Shown in pieces: positions 21,301-29,455 of a stretch of 57,337 nt of DNA; positions within the stretch are counted from its first letter, which is position 1, and every line of letters begins with the position of its first letter. The position numbers and the translations under genes are program-made. The DNA is taken from positions 1 through 57,337 of the forward strand of contig CANRMM010000042.1 of NCBI GenBank assembly GCA_947631745.1. Direction: 5' to 3'. The DNA comes from an uncultured Clostridia bacterium. GTDB lineage: Bacteria; Bacillota; Clostridia; TANB77; CAG-508. The notes under the pieces were generated by a model. The model was not told the DNA's origin and did not search any database. It worked only from the letters and a program-made list of their open reading frames with translations.

Positions 21301-22366
21301 CTGATTGGTTTTCTGGGCTTGTTGTATCCATCCATAATGCTACTTGTGCAGAGTGTGTTAATGAAATTGTTATCATCATCTTTTTATATAATTCACCATA
21401 TACTGTACCATATTTTGTTTTATCTGTTCTTTCTAAATCTGCTTTATGCTTTTTATATAATTTTGCTAAAGCTTGTATTGATGATACGTAGTTTCCATCT
21501 GGCTCTCCACCTAGAACATAAAGACGTAAATTATCTACATCTGACATTAACCATCTTAGTGCTATTTCGTTATCTTCATCATATCTTGCTACAGCTTGTA
21601 AAATATCATAATCTGCTCTTCTTACTAATTCTCTTTGTAATAGTGTTAGTTCATGTTCACTTGTCATATCATCTACATCATAATTTTTTAGTTCTTTGTC
21701 ATATTCTTCTAATGTTTTTATGAAATCAACTTCTGATTCTTTATCTTCTACATATCCATCTTTAATTAGTTTAGCATCAGCGTAGATTGCTTCATCATAC
21801 CATTCTGCCCACCAATCTTTACTGTTGCTACTAGCTTCTAACTTTAGATATTTTACCCCTTTTATATTAACTTTAATTGGTTGTGCTTCACTCCATCCAT
21901 AGAGTACACCTGTTTCTGTTTCCTTTTCCCAATTCTTTCCGTCATTAGAAACGTATATATAGAATTTAACACCTGTATTAAAGTAGTTACTTTGTTCTCC
22001 AATGTCTACTCCAACATAAGCAGTAAAATAGTCAAAATCATAATCACTTATATTGTATACAACTTGTGATGATGCCCAAGCAGTAACTCCTTTTAAGAAT
22101 ACTTCTGGCTTATCATTTACTTTTAATGTGATTAATTTGTCACTATCATTTTTGTCTAATTTGATTAAATGTCCACTTGCTGCTTTTGAATTTTCTTCAT
22201 CATACGGAATATCTGACAAATACATTCTTTGATTATTGGTTGCTTTAACTGATGTGTAGCCTATTCCTTGTATTCCTAAAAATACGGCTAATACAAAGGT
22301 AAGGCAAATTGCTATTTTGAATAATAAGTTTGTCTTATCTTTTTTTATTTCTATATTTTCTTTCAT
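18386..22366 (-). CDS. Large secreted protein: NPCBM/NEW2, F5/8 type C (CBM32-like), Ig-like and dockerin-like domains
   Basis: Signal peptide; YLSDIPY...FTAYVGVD; IDGNYNTRWHS; WIDKTAPT; C-terminal GDIDGDGKITVNDL...ADFDKN duplicated Ca-binding motif. Confidence 0.75.
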   Translation of the reverse strand: MKENIEIKKDKTNLLFKIAICLTFVLAVFLGIQGIGYTSVKATNNQRMYLSDIPYDEENSKAASGHLIKLDKNDSDKLITLKVNDKPEVFLKGVTAWASSQVVYNISDYDFDYFTAYVGVDIGEQSNYFNTGVKFYIYVSNDGKNWEKETETGVLYGWSEAQPIKVNIKGVKYLKLEASSNSKDWWAEWYDEAIYADAKLIKDGYVEDKESEVDFIKTLEEYDKELKNYDVDDMTSEHELTLLQRELVRRADYDILQAVARYDEDNEIALRWLMSDVDNLRLYVLGGEPDGNYVSSIQALAKLYKKHKADLERTDKTKYGTVYGELYKKMMITISLTHSAQVALWMDTTSPENQSDPVTRYEIFKDLHANDKFVVSKNQDHTPWFESLKVEEMRFVMNNIIDDEEIVWLNEYTQKYINDHPNEEEKYLQPHPYMKYLDPDYSRPEFHDESKKEEWDDKYDFLRYGVTFRPGVNKLWMNIEGGAVCGGISKIGSNIRGVHGTPSSVISQPGHAALIYYRKDKDGNGYWTIDNDVSGWALSGKTEKLSVRMPLGWGSDSYAEGYCATYIVLAQEALNHYESYEEAEEIIMTADIYKDNPEKQEEIYRKALEVEPINIDAWYGLINLYKADENTSEEKYYELAEDICENLKCFPLPMYQLSNLIKPMLKSTEYSFKFTVLQINTLTEGTTWEDNTKVYQPSITQTVAKYLLGQMDKDLATFSFDGEDAGKIVLSSNYDDSGIHWDYSIDGKQTWIDVTYTPEEEHKETLTDEQLSKINAEDDIYVHIYGTSYEDENNIFKIDIQDQKKLADLYNNDLENRIVGVNEHTEWRYTDEDEWISYEDESPDLTGDKTIQVRQSATGTMLASEITTYTFTADDQPETRKYVPVAHLSIAGVSSETTGGNKGEAVNVIDGNYNTRWHSAWNGSDQERYIIIKVDRKIELSALDYVPAGGGNGKILEGQILGSIDGEEYTEIGTVKWDNNEETKTIEFEDKPTVQYIKIIGTKTSSAGGGSFMTGRMFNIYQDLTKNPHPTAGIGYNTQKLTNQNVIARLVNPSTDITITNHDSDVYVFEENGEFTFEFYDNKTKKEGTATAIVDWIDKTAPTATIEYHSGSGIDSEVTAEITPSEEVTVLNNKDGKEGYTYTFDQNGEFTFKLQDKAGNIGEVTASVNWIGTGMGNPNSQNNTGIPGSPEEVKTEKYKVEEGYISQILPKTTVKEFKENVEIEGEQDIVFVDSRGNVLTDDSLITTDTTMKLADNSQFTLEVTGDIDGDGKITVNDLARLKLHLIKVEQLSKTKANAADFDKNEECGIGDMADMKLILIGLKKVK

Positions 22367-22486
22367 GGTTACTCCTCCATTCTCTAATATTCCTATAGTA
22401 TTATATCATAAATAATCAAGTTTTGTACATATTTTCCAGTATTTTTTTACATTTTTTCTATATTTTTGTTAATCTTATTTTTTTAT

Positions 22487-24118
22487 TTAATTTTTAAATT
22501 TAAAATGTATAATAATTTTTTTGTTCTCGCATATTTCTATTGATTCTATTAGTTCTTCTATTATTGTTTTATCTAGTTTTATAATATTTTTTTGTTTTTT
22601 AAATTCTTCTATTTCTTTCATTTTTTCTTGTTTTATTTTTATTTCATTTTCATTTTCTTTTTCTATATTTTCAATAATTATTTTTAATTTTTCTATTTCT
22701 TGTTCGTAGTCTTTTTTATATAATATATATTCTTCTTTTGTTATGTCATTATTTTTCCAGTCTTGATATAGAGCTTTTTTTAAATTTTGTATTTTTTCTA
22801 TTTCTCTTTGCTTTTCTTTTAGAATGCTTATATTGTGATTTGCTATATCTGGAGTTTCTTGTAATTTTTTTACTATTGACTCTACATTTGCAAGGTTAGT
22901 AATTTGTTCTTGTATTGTTTGTAATACTGCCTTTTCTATCAGTTCTAACCTAATCGTATGTTTTGTACAAAGTTCATGAGATTTTTTTTGATATGTACTA
23001 CATATATAATATTGATATATTGTTCCAATTTTGTTTTTACTTGTTTTTTTGTTCATAGCTTTTCCGCAGTCTTTACATTTTATTTTTCCTGCCCATAAAC
23101 TTAGTTTTCCGTCTTTTTGTATTCTGGTATCTTTTTTTCTTATATCTTGTGCTTTTTCAAATAATTTTTTATCTATAATTGGTTCATGCATATTTTTTAC
23201 AGTAATCCATTCTTCTTCTGGTATTTGTTCTAATTTGTGAATTTTATAGCTTTTCACCTTACGCTTTCCTTGGGTTATATTTCCTATATATACATCATTT
23301 GATAATATTTTTCTTACTGTTGAAGTTGTCCATGAATAATCTTCTTGTTGAATATTATAGTTTTTATAATTTTGTTTTAATATTTTTCTTTTATATCCTG
23401 TTGGATTTAAAACTCCTATATCATTTAGTTTGTGGCATATTGATAGACATCCCATTCCTTCATTAACATACCAATTAAATATTTTTCTTACAATTTGAGC
23501 AGATTCTTTATCAACTATTAATTTGTGATAATCTTCTTTGCTTTTTATATAACCATAAGCTGGAAATGCTCCTACATATTCTCCTTTTTTCTTTCGTCCA
23601 TTTAATGCACTTCTTATTTTTAGTGAAGTATCTCGACAATATTCGTCATTTATTAAGTTTTTAAATGGTAGAAGAATTGTATTTGTACTATTAGGATCTT
23701 TATAACTATCTATATTGTCATTAATTGCGATAAATCTAATATCAAATAATGGAAATATTTGCTCTATATAATTTCCTACCTCAATATAGTTTCTGCCTAA
23801 TCTTGATAGATCCTTTACCAAAATACAATTAATTTTTCTATTTTTCATATCTTCTAACATTCTTTGAAATCCTGGTCTATTGAAGTCAGTTCCTGTATAT
23901 CCATCATCAATGTAATGGTCATAGAACTCTAAATCTTGATGTTCTTTTATATATTCTTGTAACAATGTTTTTTGACTTGTTATACTGTTGCTTTCTTTTT
24001 TTTCCTCTATACTATTATTATAATCTTCTTGTGATAGTCTTATGTATTCTGCAACTTTCCATATCTTATGGTCTGTTATTTTTATATTTTTTTCATATTT
24101 AGATTTTCTTCCTGCCAT
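22487..24118 (-). CDS. Large serine recombinase (LSR-B)
   Basis: YIRLS catalytic Ser, DDGYTG, KDLSRLGRN, AYGY, HEPII, CKDCG...C zinc ribbon, coiled coil. Confidence 0.95.
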   Translation of the reverse strand: MAGRKSKYEKNIKITDHKIWKVAEYIRLSQEDYNNSIEEKKESNSITSQKTLLQEYIKEHQDLEFYDHYIDDGYTGTDFNRPGFQRMLEDMKNRKINCILVKDLSRLGRNYIEVGNYIEQIFPLFDIRFIAINDNIDSYKDPNSTNTILLPFKNLINDEYCRDTSLKIRSALNGRKKKGEYVGAFPAYGYIKSKEDYHKLIVDKESAQIVRKIFNWYVNEGMGCLSICHKLNDIGVLNPTGYKRKILKQNYKNYNIQQEDYSWTTSTVRKILSNDVYIGNITQGKRKVKSYKIHKLEQIPEEEWITVKNMHEPIIDKKLFEKAQDIRKKDTRIQKDGKLSLWAGKIKCKDCGKAMNKKTSKNKIGTIYQYYICSTYQKKSHELCTKHTIRLELIEKAVLQTIQEQITNLANVESIVKKLQETPDIANHNISILKEKQREIEKIQNLKKALYQDWKNNDITKEEYILYKKDYEQEIEKLKIIIENIEKENENEIKIKQEKMKEIEEFKKQKNIIKLDKTIIEELIESIEICENKKIIIHFKFKN

Positions 24119-24134
24119 ATTTATCCCCCTTTAT

Positions 24135-24284
24135 TTATAGTATTTTTAATTTAAGTATTTCATATAGACAATCCTCTATTTTTTTATTATTTTTACTATA
24201 AACTACTTCCACTTGAATATTTTCTGTTTTTAATGATTTCTTTGTTTCTGTATTTTCTGAGGATTTATGCTTTAATTTTTTCAT
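24135..24284 (-). CDS. 49-aa ORF upstream of LSR-B, candidate directionality/accessory factor
   Basis: Not in the ORF track; GGGAGG RBS; MKKLKHKSSENTETKKSLKTENIQVEVVYSKNNKKIEDCLYEILKLKIL. Confidence 0.7.
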   Translation of the reverse strand: MKKLKHKSSENTETKKSLKTENIQVEVVYSKNNKKIEDCLYEILKLKIL

Positions 24285-24299
24285 TGTTAACCTCCCTTG

Positions 24300-24357
24300 T
24301 GTGTTGTTAAAATTCCATTATCACCTCCTTGTGTTACCAGTTTCTTATTGCAGTAAT
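24300..24357. other. Back-to-back att sites of elements B and A enclosing an 8-bp spoVD micro-segment (24324-24331)
   Basis: tgtgttgttaaaat -10bp- cc tcct tg -12bp- cttattgcagtaat; left arm pairs with 17044-57 (14/14), right arm with 34959-72 (12/14). Confidence 0.8.
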
Positions 24358-24368
24358 AACAAGAAATC

Positions 24369-24413
24369 AAAAAAAATCTATTTACTAATTAGTTTTATAG
24401 TAAATAGATTTTT
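24369..24413. terminator. Terminator at the end of element A, directly upstream of the orf49-LSR-B unit
   Basis: aaaaatctatttacta/tagtaaatagattttt stem; T-run on the - strand. Confidence 0.75.
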
Positions 24414-24429
24414 ATACTTTTTAAATATT

Positions 24430-25992
24430 TTACATTAAATTAATTTCTCCAAAAACATACCATTTGTCTTCTGTTTTGCCTTCGCTTCCTAATAAATATG
24501 TTGGTTTCTCATCATCGTCATTTTTATATAATCCTACTGCTAATTTATATTGTCCAGCATTTATCTCATTAAAATTAATTGATATTTTCTCATTTGATAT
24601 TATATCTGGTTGCCAATTTTTAGGATTTATATTTGTTTTATATTTTTTTATTAGTTGATTGTTTTCATCAAGAAGTCCTATATAAACACTACATGGTTCG
24701 TAAATTGGTGTAATTCCATCATTCTTAAAATCTAATATAATTTCTGCATCTTCATTTATAGCTACTTCATTTTTATAAGATACTTTCTTTAGTCTAAAGT
24801 AATATCCTAGTCTATTTGCAAGTTCCTTGCAATATTCTTGATTGTCATCCGCATACCATTTTTTATCAAGTTCAATATATGATGGTTTTGATATTTTAAT
24901 TGCTTCTTCTAATTGTGTATTAAACTGTTCTTTTGTATATTCTCCATAACTTTTAGCATATTCAAGTACAATTGGAAGTTTTCCATAAGCTTTTGCACAG
25001 TAATCTAAGCCGTTTGTATATGTTATAACTCCGTCTCTTCTTAATGTAACTCCTTCATCAATTAATTCTTCATAAACAGTATTAAATTTTTTTTCTCCCC
25101 ATGGAATTACTAAAAGAGTGTCTGGAAAAGCATTTATATATGGTCTTATATATTGTTCTTTTAGGAAATCTGGTTCTATTCTATCTTTCCAAGTATAATC
25201 TTCATCTACATTTCCTTCTTCATCTAAAGCATTTAATCCAAATAAATGTTGTTCACCATAATTTCCATATGATCTAATATCAATAAAGGCAATATCTGGA
25301 TCTCCATTATATTTTTCTCCTAATGCTTCTATGAATTTATCTAAGTATGTTAAAAAAATTTCATCTTCCCAATCGGGAATACATTGACCATTTTGAGATT
25401 CACGAAACTGTGCACCCTCATTAAAAATAAACTCTGGTGTTACATATCGTTCTGATGAAGATGAATTAGCACACATTACTCCAAAAGCAAATTTTTTATT
25501 ATATTGTTTGCAGTCTGCAATAGCAGCATCTATTAAATCAAAATTATAGCTATCTTTTGATGTTTGTATCTCTGTCCAATCAAATCTAGTATATACAACC
25601 TCTGACATATCTAAAATCTCTGGTGAAACTGAATTAAGTAGATTTTTTCCATCATATGTTAGTCTTCGTGCATAAAAAACAAATCCTTTTCCTGGGTTAA
25701 TTAGAACTTCATTATTATCTTGTATATTAACTGTTACCATACCATCTATTTCTTCATTTTTTGATCTGTTACCAGCAATTTCTGAATCTATTATGTTTAT
25801 TCCTGCTTTTTCCATTTCTTCTTCTTCTCTTGTTGCTTCATCTGTTAGTTCATCTGCTTTTTCTGCCATTGTTATGATACCGTTTTCTCCCCATACAGCC
25901 ATTATACTAATAGTAGCTAAAATTATAAGTATTATAATAGTTATGACTAATGCTATTAAAGTGATTCCTTTGTTTTTCTTTTTTGTTTTCAT
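24430..25992 (-). CDS. Type IV prepilin-like leader fused to a glycoside-hydrolase-like (DUF4832/beta-galactosidase-like) domain
   Basis: KKNKG|ITLIALVITIIILIILA leader; NPGKGF, RFDWTEIQ, GNYGEQH, LGYYFRL, NDGITPIY. Confidence 0.7.
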   Translation of the reverse strand: MKTKKKNKGITLIALVITIIILIILATISIMAVWGENGIITMAEKADELTDEATREEEEMEKAGINIIDSEIAGNRSKNEEIDGMVTVNIQDNNEVLINPGKGFVFYARRLTYDGKNLLNSVSPEILDMSEVVYTRFDWTEIQTSKDSYNFDLIDAAIADCKQYNKKFAFGVMCANSSSSERYVTPEFIFNEGAQFRESQNGQCIPDWEDEIFLTYLDKFIEALGEKYNGDPDIAFIDIRSYGNYGEQHLFGLNALDEEGNVDEDYTWKDRIEPDFLKEQYIRPYINAFPDTLLVIPWGEKKFNTVYEELIDEGVTLRRDGVITYTNGLDYCAKAYGKLPIVLEYAKSYGEYTKEQFNTQLEEAIKISKPSYIELDKKWYADDNQEYCKELANRLGYYFRLKKVSYKNEVAINEDAEIILDFKNDGITPIYEPCSVYIGLLDENNQLIKKYKTNINPKNWQPDIISNEKISINFNEINAGQYKLAVGLYKNDDDEKPTYLLGSEGKTEDKWYVFGEINLM

Positions 25993-26062
25993 TTTTTCTC
26001 CTTTATCTATTGTACAATTATTATTAATTGTATTATATATAATTTTATATTTCTAGCAAATT

Positions 26063-27583
26063 TTAAATAAAAGTAAATTTTTTATTATAAGCAATTTCTA
26101 TTTTATTTGCTTGATATATTTCTATTTTGCTTATCATTTCTTTTAGGAATTCATTTGTTATATATTTTCCTTTTTGAAATTGAAATACAATTTCTCTTAT
26201 TTTTTTCTTATCTAAATTTTGTTTATTTAATTCTTCAATTTGTGTTTTGTATTTTTCTATTTTTTCTTTTGCTTCCATATATCTTCTTTTAAATTCTTCT
26301 ATTGTTATATTACTTTCACATTTTTCTTGGTATAAAGTTCTTTTTCTTCTTTCAAGTTTTTCAATTTCTTTTTCGTATTTTTTTATTTCTTGCATATTTT
26401 TATCATTGTTTGTATAATAGTTTATTAGCTTGTTTTCGACTTTATCTGTTTCAATAGTATTTAGTATTTTTTTTACTTCATTTTCTATTATTGTATTTAA
26501 GTCTTTTTCTTTAATGCAATTTCCATTTTTGCATTTTTTCTTATAAAAATAATTACAAGTAAATTTTGCTCCATTACATAAATATTTTTGTTTATCTGAT
26601 GATTTATAGATTTTGTATTGTAGCTTTTTTTTACAATGTCCGCAATATACTAAATCTTTTAATAAAAATTCATATTTTATTTTTTGATTACCTTTCTTTT
26701 TTGCTTTTATCTCTTGTACTTTTTCATATATTTTCTTTTCAATAATAGCTGGATGAGTATGTTCTTTTATAATCCAGCTATCTTTATTTGAGTTTTTTTT
26801 ACATTCCTTTTTTATATAGTTTGTTTTATATTTATTCATTATTGTATTTCCTATATAAAATGGATTTGATAATATGTTATTTACTTGTTCCGCTTCCCAT
26901 TTTTTACTTGCATTTTTTAATTTCATATATCTACTTGGATTTTTTATTTTTTTTTGATTTAAATATTCTGCAATGTCATTTCCGGTTTTTCCGTCTATAT
27001 ACATTTCATATATTTTTTTAATATTTATTGCTACCTTTTTATCTATTATTATTTTATGTTTATCATCTGGTGCTTTCTTATATCCATAAGGAGCATAATA
27101 TTCTACAAATTTTTTTTCTTCTTTTATAGCTTTTTTATTTGCTTTTACTTTTTTTGATATATCTGCAATATATGCTTGATTTGCTATTCCTCGAAGCATT
27201 ATACTATCATCTATTTCATATCTTTCTCCACTATCTATAAATTCTGTTACTGATATAAATCTTATATTATTATCTGGGAAAAATACTTCTGTATACCAAC
27301 CTGTTTTATTTTTATCACGAGTTAATCTGCTTATATCTTTTACAATTACCATATTTATATTTCCTCTTGATATATCCATTATCATTCTATTTAGTGCAGG
27401 TCTTGAATTTAATATTCCTGAATATCCATTATCTATATATTCTTCTACTATTTTATATCCTTTTTTTATAGCATATTGTGTTGTAATTTGTCTTTGAGCT
27501 TCTATGCTATTATTTTCTTCATTATGTTCCTTTGATAATCTTAAATATATTCCAGCTCTATATTCTCTCACATTAAGCCACAT
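26063..27583 (-). CDS. Large serine recombinase (LSR-A2)
   Basis: YLRLS, DNGYSG, KDISRLTRD, PYGY, HPAII, CGHC zinc ribbon; overlaps the stop of LSR-A1. Confidence 0.93.
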   Translation of the reverse strand: MWLNVREYRAGIYLRLSKEHNEENNSIEAQRQITTQYAIKKGYKIVEEYIDNGYSGILNSRPALNRMIMDISRGNINMVIVKDISRLTRDKNKTGWYTEVFFPDNNIRFISVTEFIDSGERYEIDDSIMLRGIANQAYIADISKKVKANKKAIKEEKKFVEYYAPYGYKKAPDDKHKIIIDKKVAINIKKIYEMYIDGKTGNDIAEYLNQKKIKNPSRYMKLKNASKKWEAEQVNNILSNPFYIGNTIMNKYKTNYIKKECKKNSNKDSWIIKEHTHPAIIEKKIYEKVQEIKAKKKGNQKIKYEFLLKDLVYCGHCKKKLQYKIYKSSDKQKYLCNGAKFTCNYFYKKKCKNGNCIKEKDLNTIIENEVKKILNTIETDKVENKLINYYTNNDKNMQEIKKYEKEIEKLERRKRTLYQEKCESNITIEEFKRRYMEAKEKIEKYKTQIEELNKQNLDKKKIREIVFQFQKGKYITNEFLKEMISKIEIYQANKIEIAYNKKFTFI

Positions 27584-29129
27584 CCTTTAAAAAGTCATAT
27601 TTATAATATATATATATTTTATTGTCTTTATCTATTTCAATATCATATATAATTTCAGATACTATATCTAGATTCAATTTTTCCATATTTAACAATTTTT
27701 CTAATAGTTCATTTATCTTATTTTCTTTTATAGATGATTGATTAATTTGTTTCTTCTCTAATATTTCTAACTCATTTTTTATTCTGTTTCTTTCATTCCA
27801 TTTTTCTTTGTAATATTTTCTATAATCCTCTTCATCTAATAATTCCTGTTTAAAATCTATATATAATGTTTTAATTTCTTTTTCTATTTTTTCTAATTCT
27901 TGATTTAATAATTCTTGTTCTTTTTCTATTTTGCTTATTATTATTTCGTTTTGTTGTGTTGTTAATATCTCTTTTACTTTTTGGGGATTTATTATTTTCA
28001 TTTTTTCTTTTAGATTATTACAAATAATCTTTTGAAATGCTTCTTCATCTATCCCTTTACTTCCTTTAATGCATTCCTTTCCCTGATATTTTTTTAATCC
28101 ATTTAAGCAACATAATTTTCTTGATTTTAATTCTTTTGTATTATTTCTTTTATACTCAACTTTTAATGTCATTTTAGCTCCACATTCTTTACACTTTACC
28201 ATTCCATTTAGTTTCCATTCATGTTTTTTTCTTTTTATTGATTTATTAATGTTTATTATAGCTTGTACTTTATTAAAAAGCTCTTCTGTTATAATTGCTT
28301 CGTGAGTATTATATGCTACTTTCCATTCTTCCGGTGGAATATACTGCCTTTTTTTAGATTTATAACTTAAGTTTATTCTTTTTCCATATTCTGTATGGCC
28401 TAAATATACCTTATTTGATAGTATCCTTTTTATTGTTTCTTCTCTCCATTTATACTTTATTTCTACATTATTGTTATTATTTGGGCTTGGTATATTATCT
28501 TTCTGTAATTCGTTTATTATATCTATTATTTTTTCTCCTTTACTATATTCTTCATATATTCTTTTAACAATTCTTGCTTCTTTATTATTTATAATAAGTT
28601 TATGTTTATTCTTATTTGATTTTTGATAGCCATAAGGGGCCATTGATCCCATAAACATTCCTTTTTCTTTTCTTGTCCATATACTTGATTTTACTTTTCT
28701 TGAAATGTCTTTACTATACCAGTCATTGATGAGAGTTTTAAATTGTATCATATCATTATTTGCATTTTTTGTTCCTGTATCAACATTATCTAAAACTGAT
28801 ATATATCTTATATTTCTCTCTAAAAAATATATTTCTATGTAATAATTTGCCTCGAAACTATTTCTTGAGAGTCTTGATAGGTCTTTAGTTATGATACAAT
28901 TTATTGTTCCTTTTTCTATGTCTTCTAACATTCTTTGAAAATTTGGTCTGTTTGTGTTAAGCCCTGTATAGCCATCATCTATATAATTATCTACTATAAA
29001 AAATTCTTCTCCTAATTCTTCTACTTTTCTTTCTATTATATTTTTTTGACTTATTATACTATCGCTTATATCTTTATCGTCATCTTCCTGCGACAGCCTT
29101 AAATATGCTGCTACTTTATATTTTTTCAT
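27573..29129 (-). CDS. Large serine recombinase (LSR-A1)
   Basis: YLRLS, DDGYTG, KDLSRLSRN, PYGY, HEAII, CKECG. Confidence 0.95.
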   Translation of the reverse strand: MKKYKVAAYLRLSQEDDDKDISDSIISQKNIIERKVEELGEEFFIVDNYIDDGYTGLNTNRPNFQRMLEDIEKGTINCIITKDLSRLSRNSFEANYYIEIYFLERNIRYISVLDNVDTGTKNANNDMIQFKTLINDWYSKDISRKVKSSIWTRKEKGMFMGSMAPYGYQKSNKNKHKLIINNKEARIVKRIYEEYSKGEKIIDIINELQKDNIPSPNNNNNVEIKYKWREETIKRILSNKVYLGHTEYGKRINLSYKSKKRQYIPPEEWKVAYNTHEAIITEELFNKVQAIININKSIKRKKHEWKLNGMVKCKECGAKMTLKVEYKRNNTKELKSRKLCCLNGLKKYQGKECIKGSKGIDEEAFQKIICNNLKEKMKIINPQKVKEILTTQQNEIIISKIEKEQELLNQELEKIEKEIKTLYIDFKQELLDEEDYRKYYKEKWNERNRIKNELEILEKKQINQSSIKENKINELLEKLLNMEKLNLDIVSEIIYDIEIDKDNKIYIYYKYDFLKDVA

Positions 29130-29305
29130 AATTCAACACCTCTATTTTGAGATGTATATATTTGTGAAATTAAATACTTACATATTACATCATATAATTT
29201 ATCTATATTCTGTGCATTATCGGTGCATTTTGTTATTACAGTATATTTTTTATTATCTATTTCATACGTTTCTATGATGTGCTTTTTTTCTTTATTTTGT
29301 GTCAT
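29126..29305 (-). CDS. 59-aa ORF coupled to LSR-A1 (TnpW-like), candidate directionality factor
   Basis: Not in the ORF track; AGGAGG RBS; MTQNKEKKHIIETYEIDNKKYTVITKCTDNAQNIDKLYDVICKYLISQIYTSQNRGVEL; ATGA overlap with the recombinase start. Confidence 0.75.
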   Translation of the reverse strand: MTQNKEKKHIIETYEIDNKKYTVITKCTDNAQNIDKLYDVICKYLISQIYTSQNRGVEL

Positions 29306-29329
29306 ATATGTACCTCCTATTTCTTTTTT

Positions 29330-29358
29330 AAAATATTAGAGTTGTACTAAATTTATGA
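29330..29358 (-). promoter_or_regulatory. Putative sigmaE (mother-cell) promoter for orf59-LSR-A1-LSR-A2
   Basis: TCATAAA-14 bp-AATATTTT, close to the sigmaE consensus TCATAtt-14-CATAnnnT; AT-rich, so a chance match is possible. Confidence 0.45.
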
Positions 29359-29391
29359 CTATTTTTTTGTTATAAATATAGCTTTTATTGC

Positions 29392-29433
29392 AAAATAAAA
29401 TTCTAATTGAATATCAAAATCAATTAGAATTTT
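29392..29433. terminator. Terminator between the metal operon and the recombinase operon
   Basis: aaaattctaattga/tcaattagaatttt stem. Confidence 0.7.
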
Positions 29434-29455
29434 GTTTTTGGTTGATAAATATATA

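Larger units (their letters stand above)
17034..24325. mobile_element. Gene-intervening element B (7,292 bp): one large serine recombinase, a small ORF and two surface-protein cargo genes
   Basis: Bounded by direct repeat cacctccttg (17030-39 and 24322-31) with symmetric 14/14 inverted arms; no phage or conjugation genes. Confidence 0.8.

Noticed and set aside
24307-24331. Mini-ORF M-E-F-stop behind a perfect AAGGAGGTG RBS
   Set aside because: The RBS-like sequence is explained as the Gln-Gly-Gly codons of the spoVD micro-segment.
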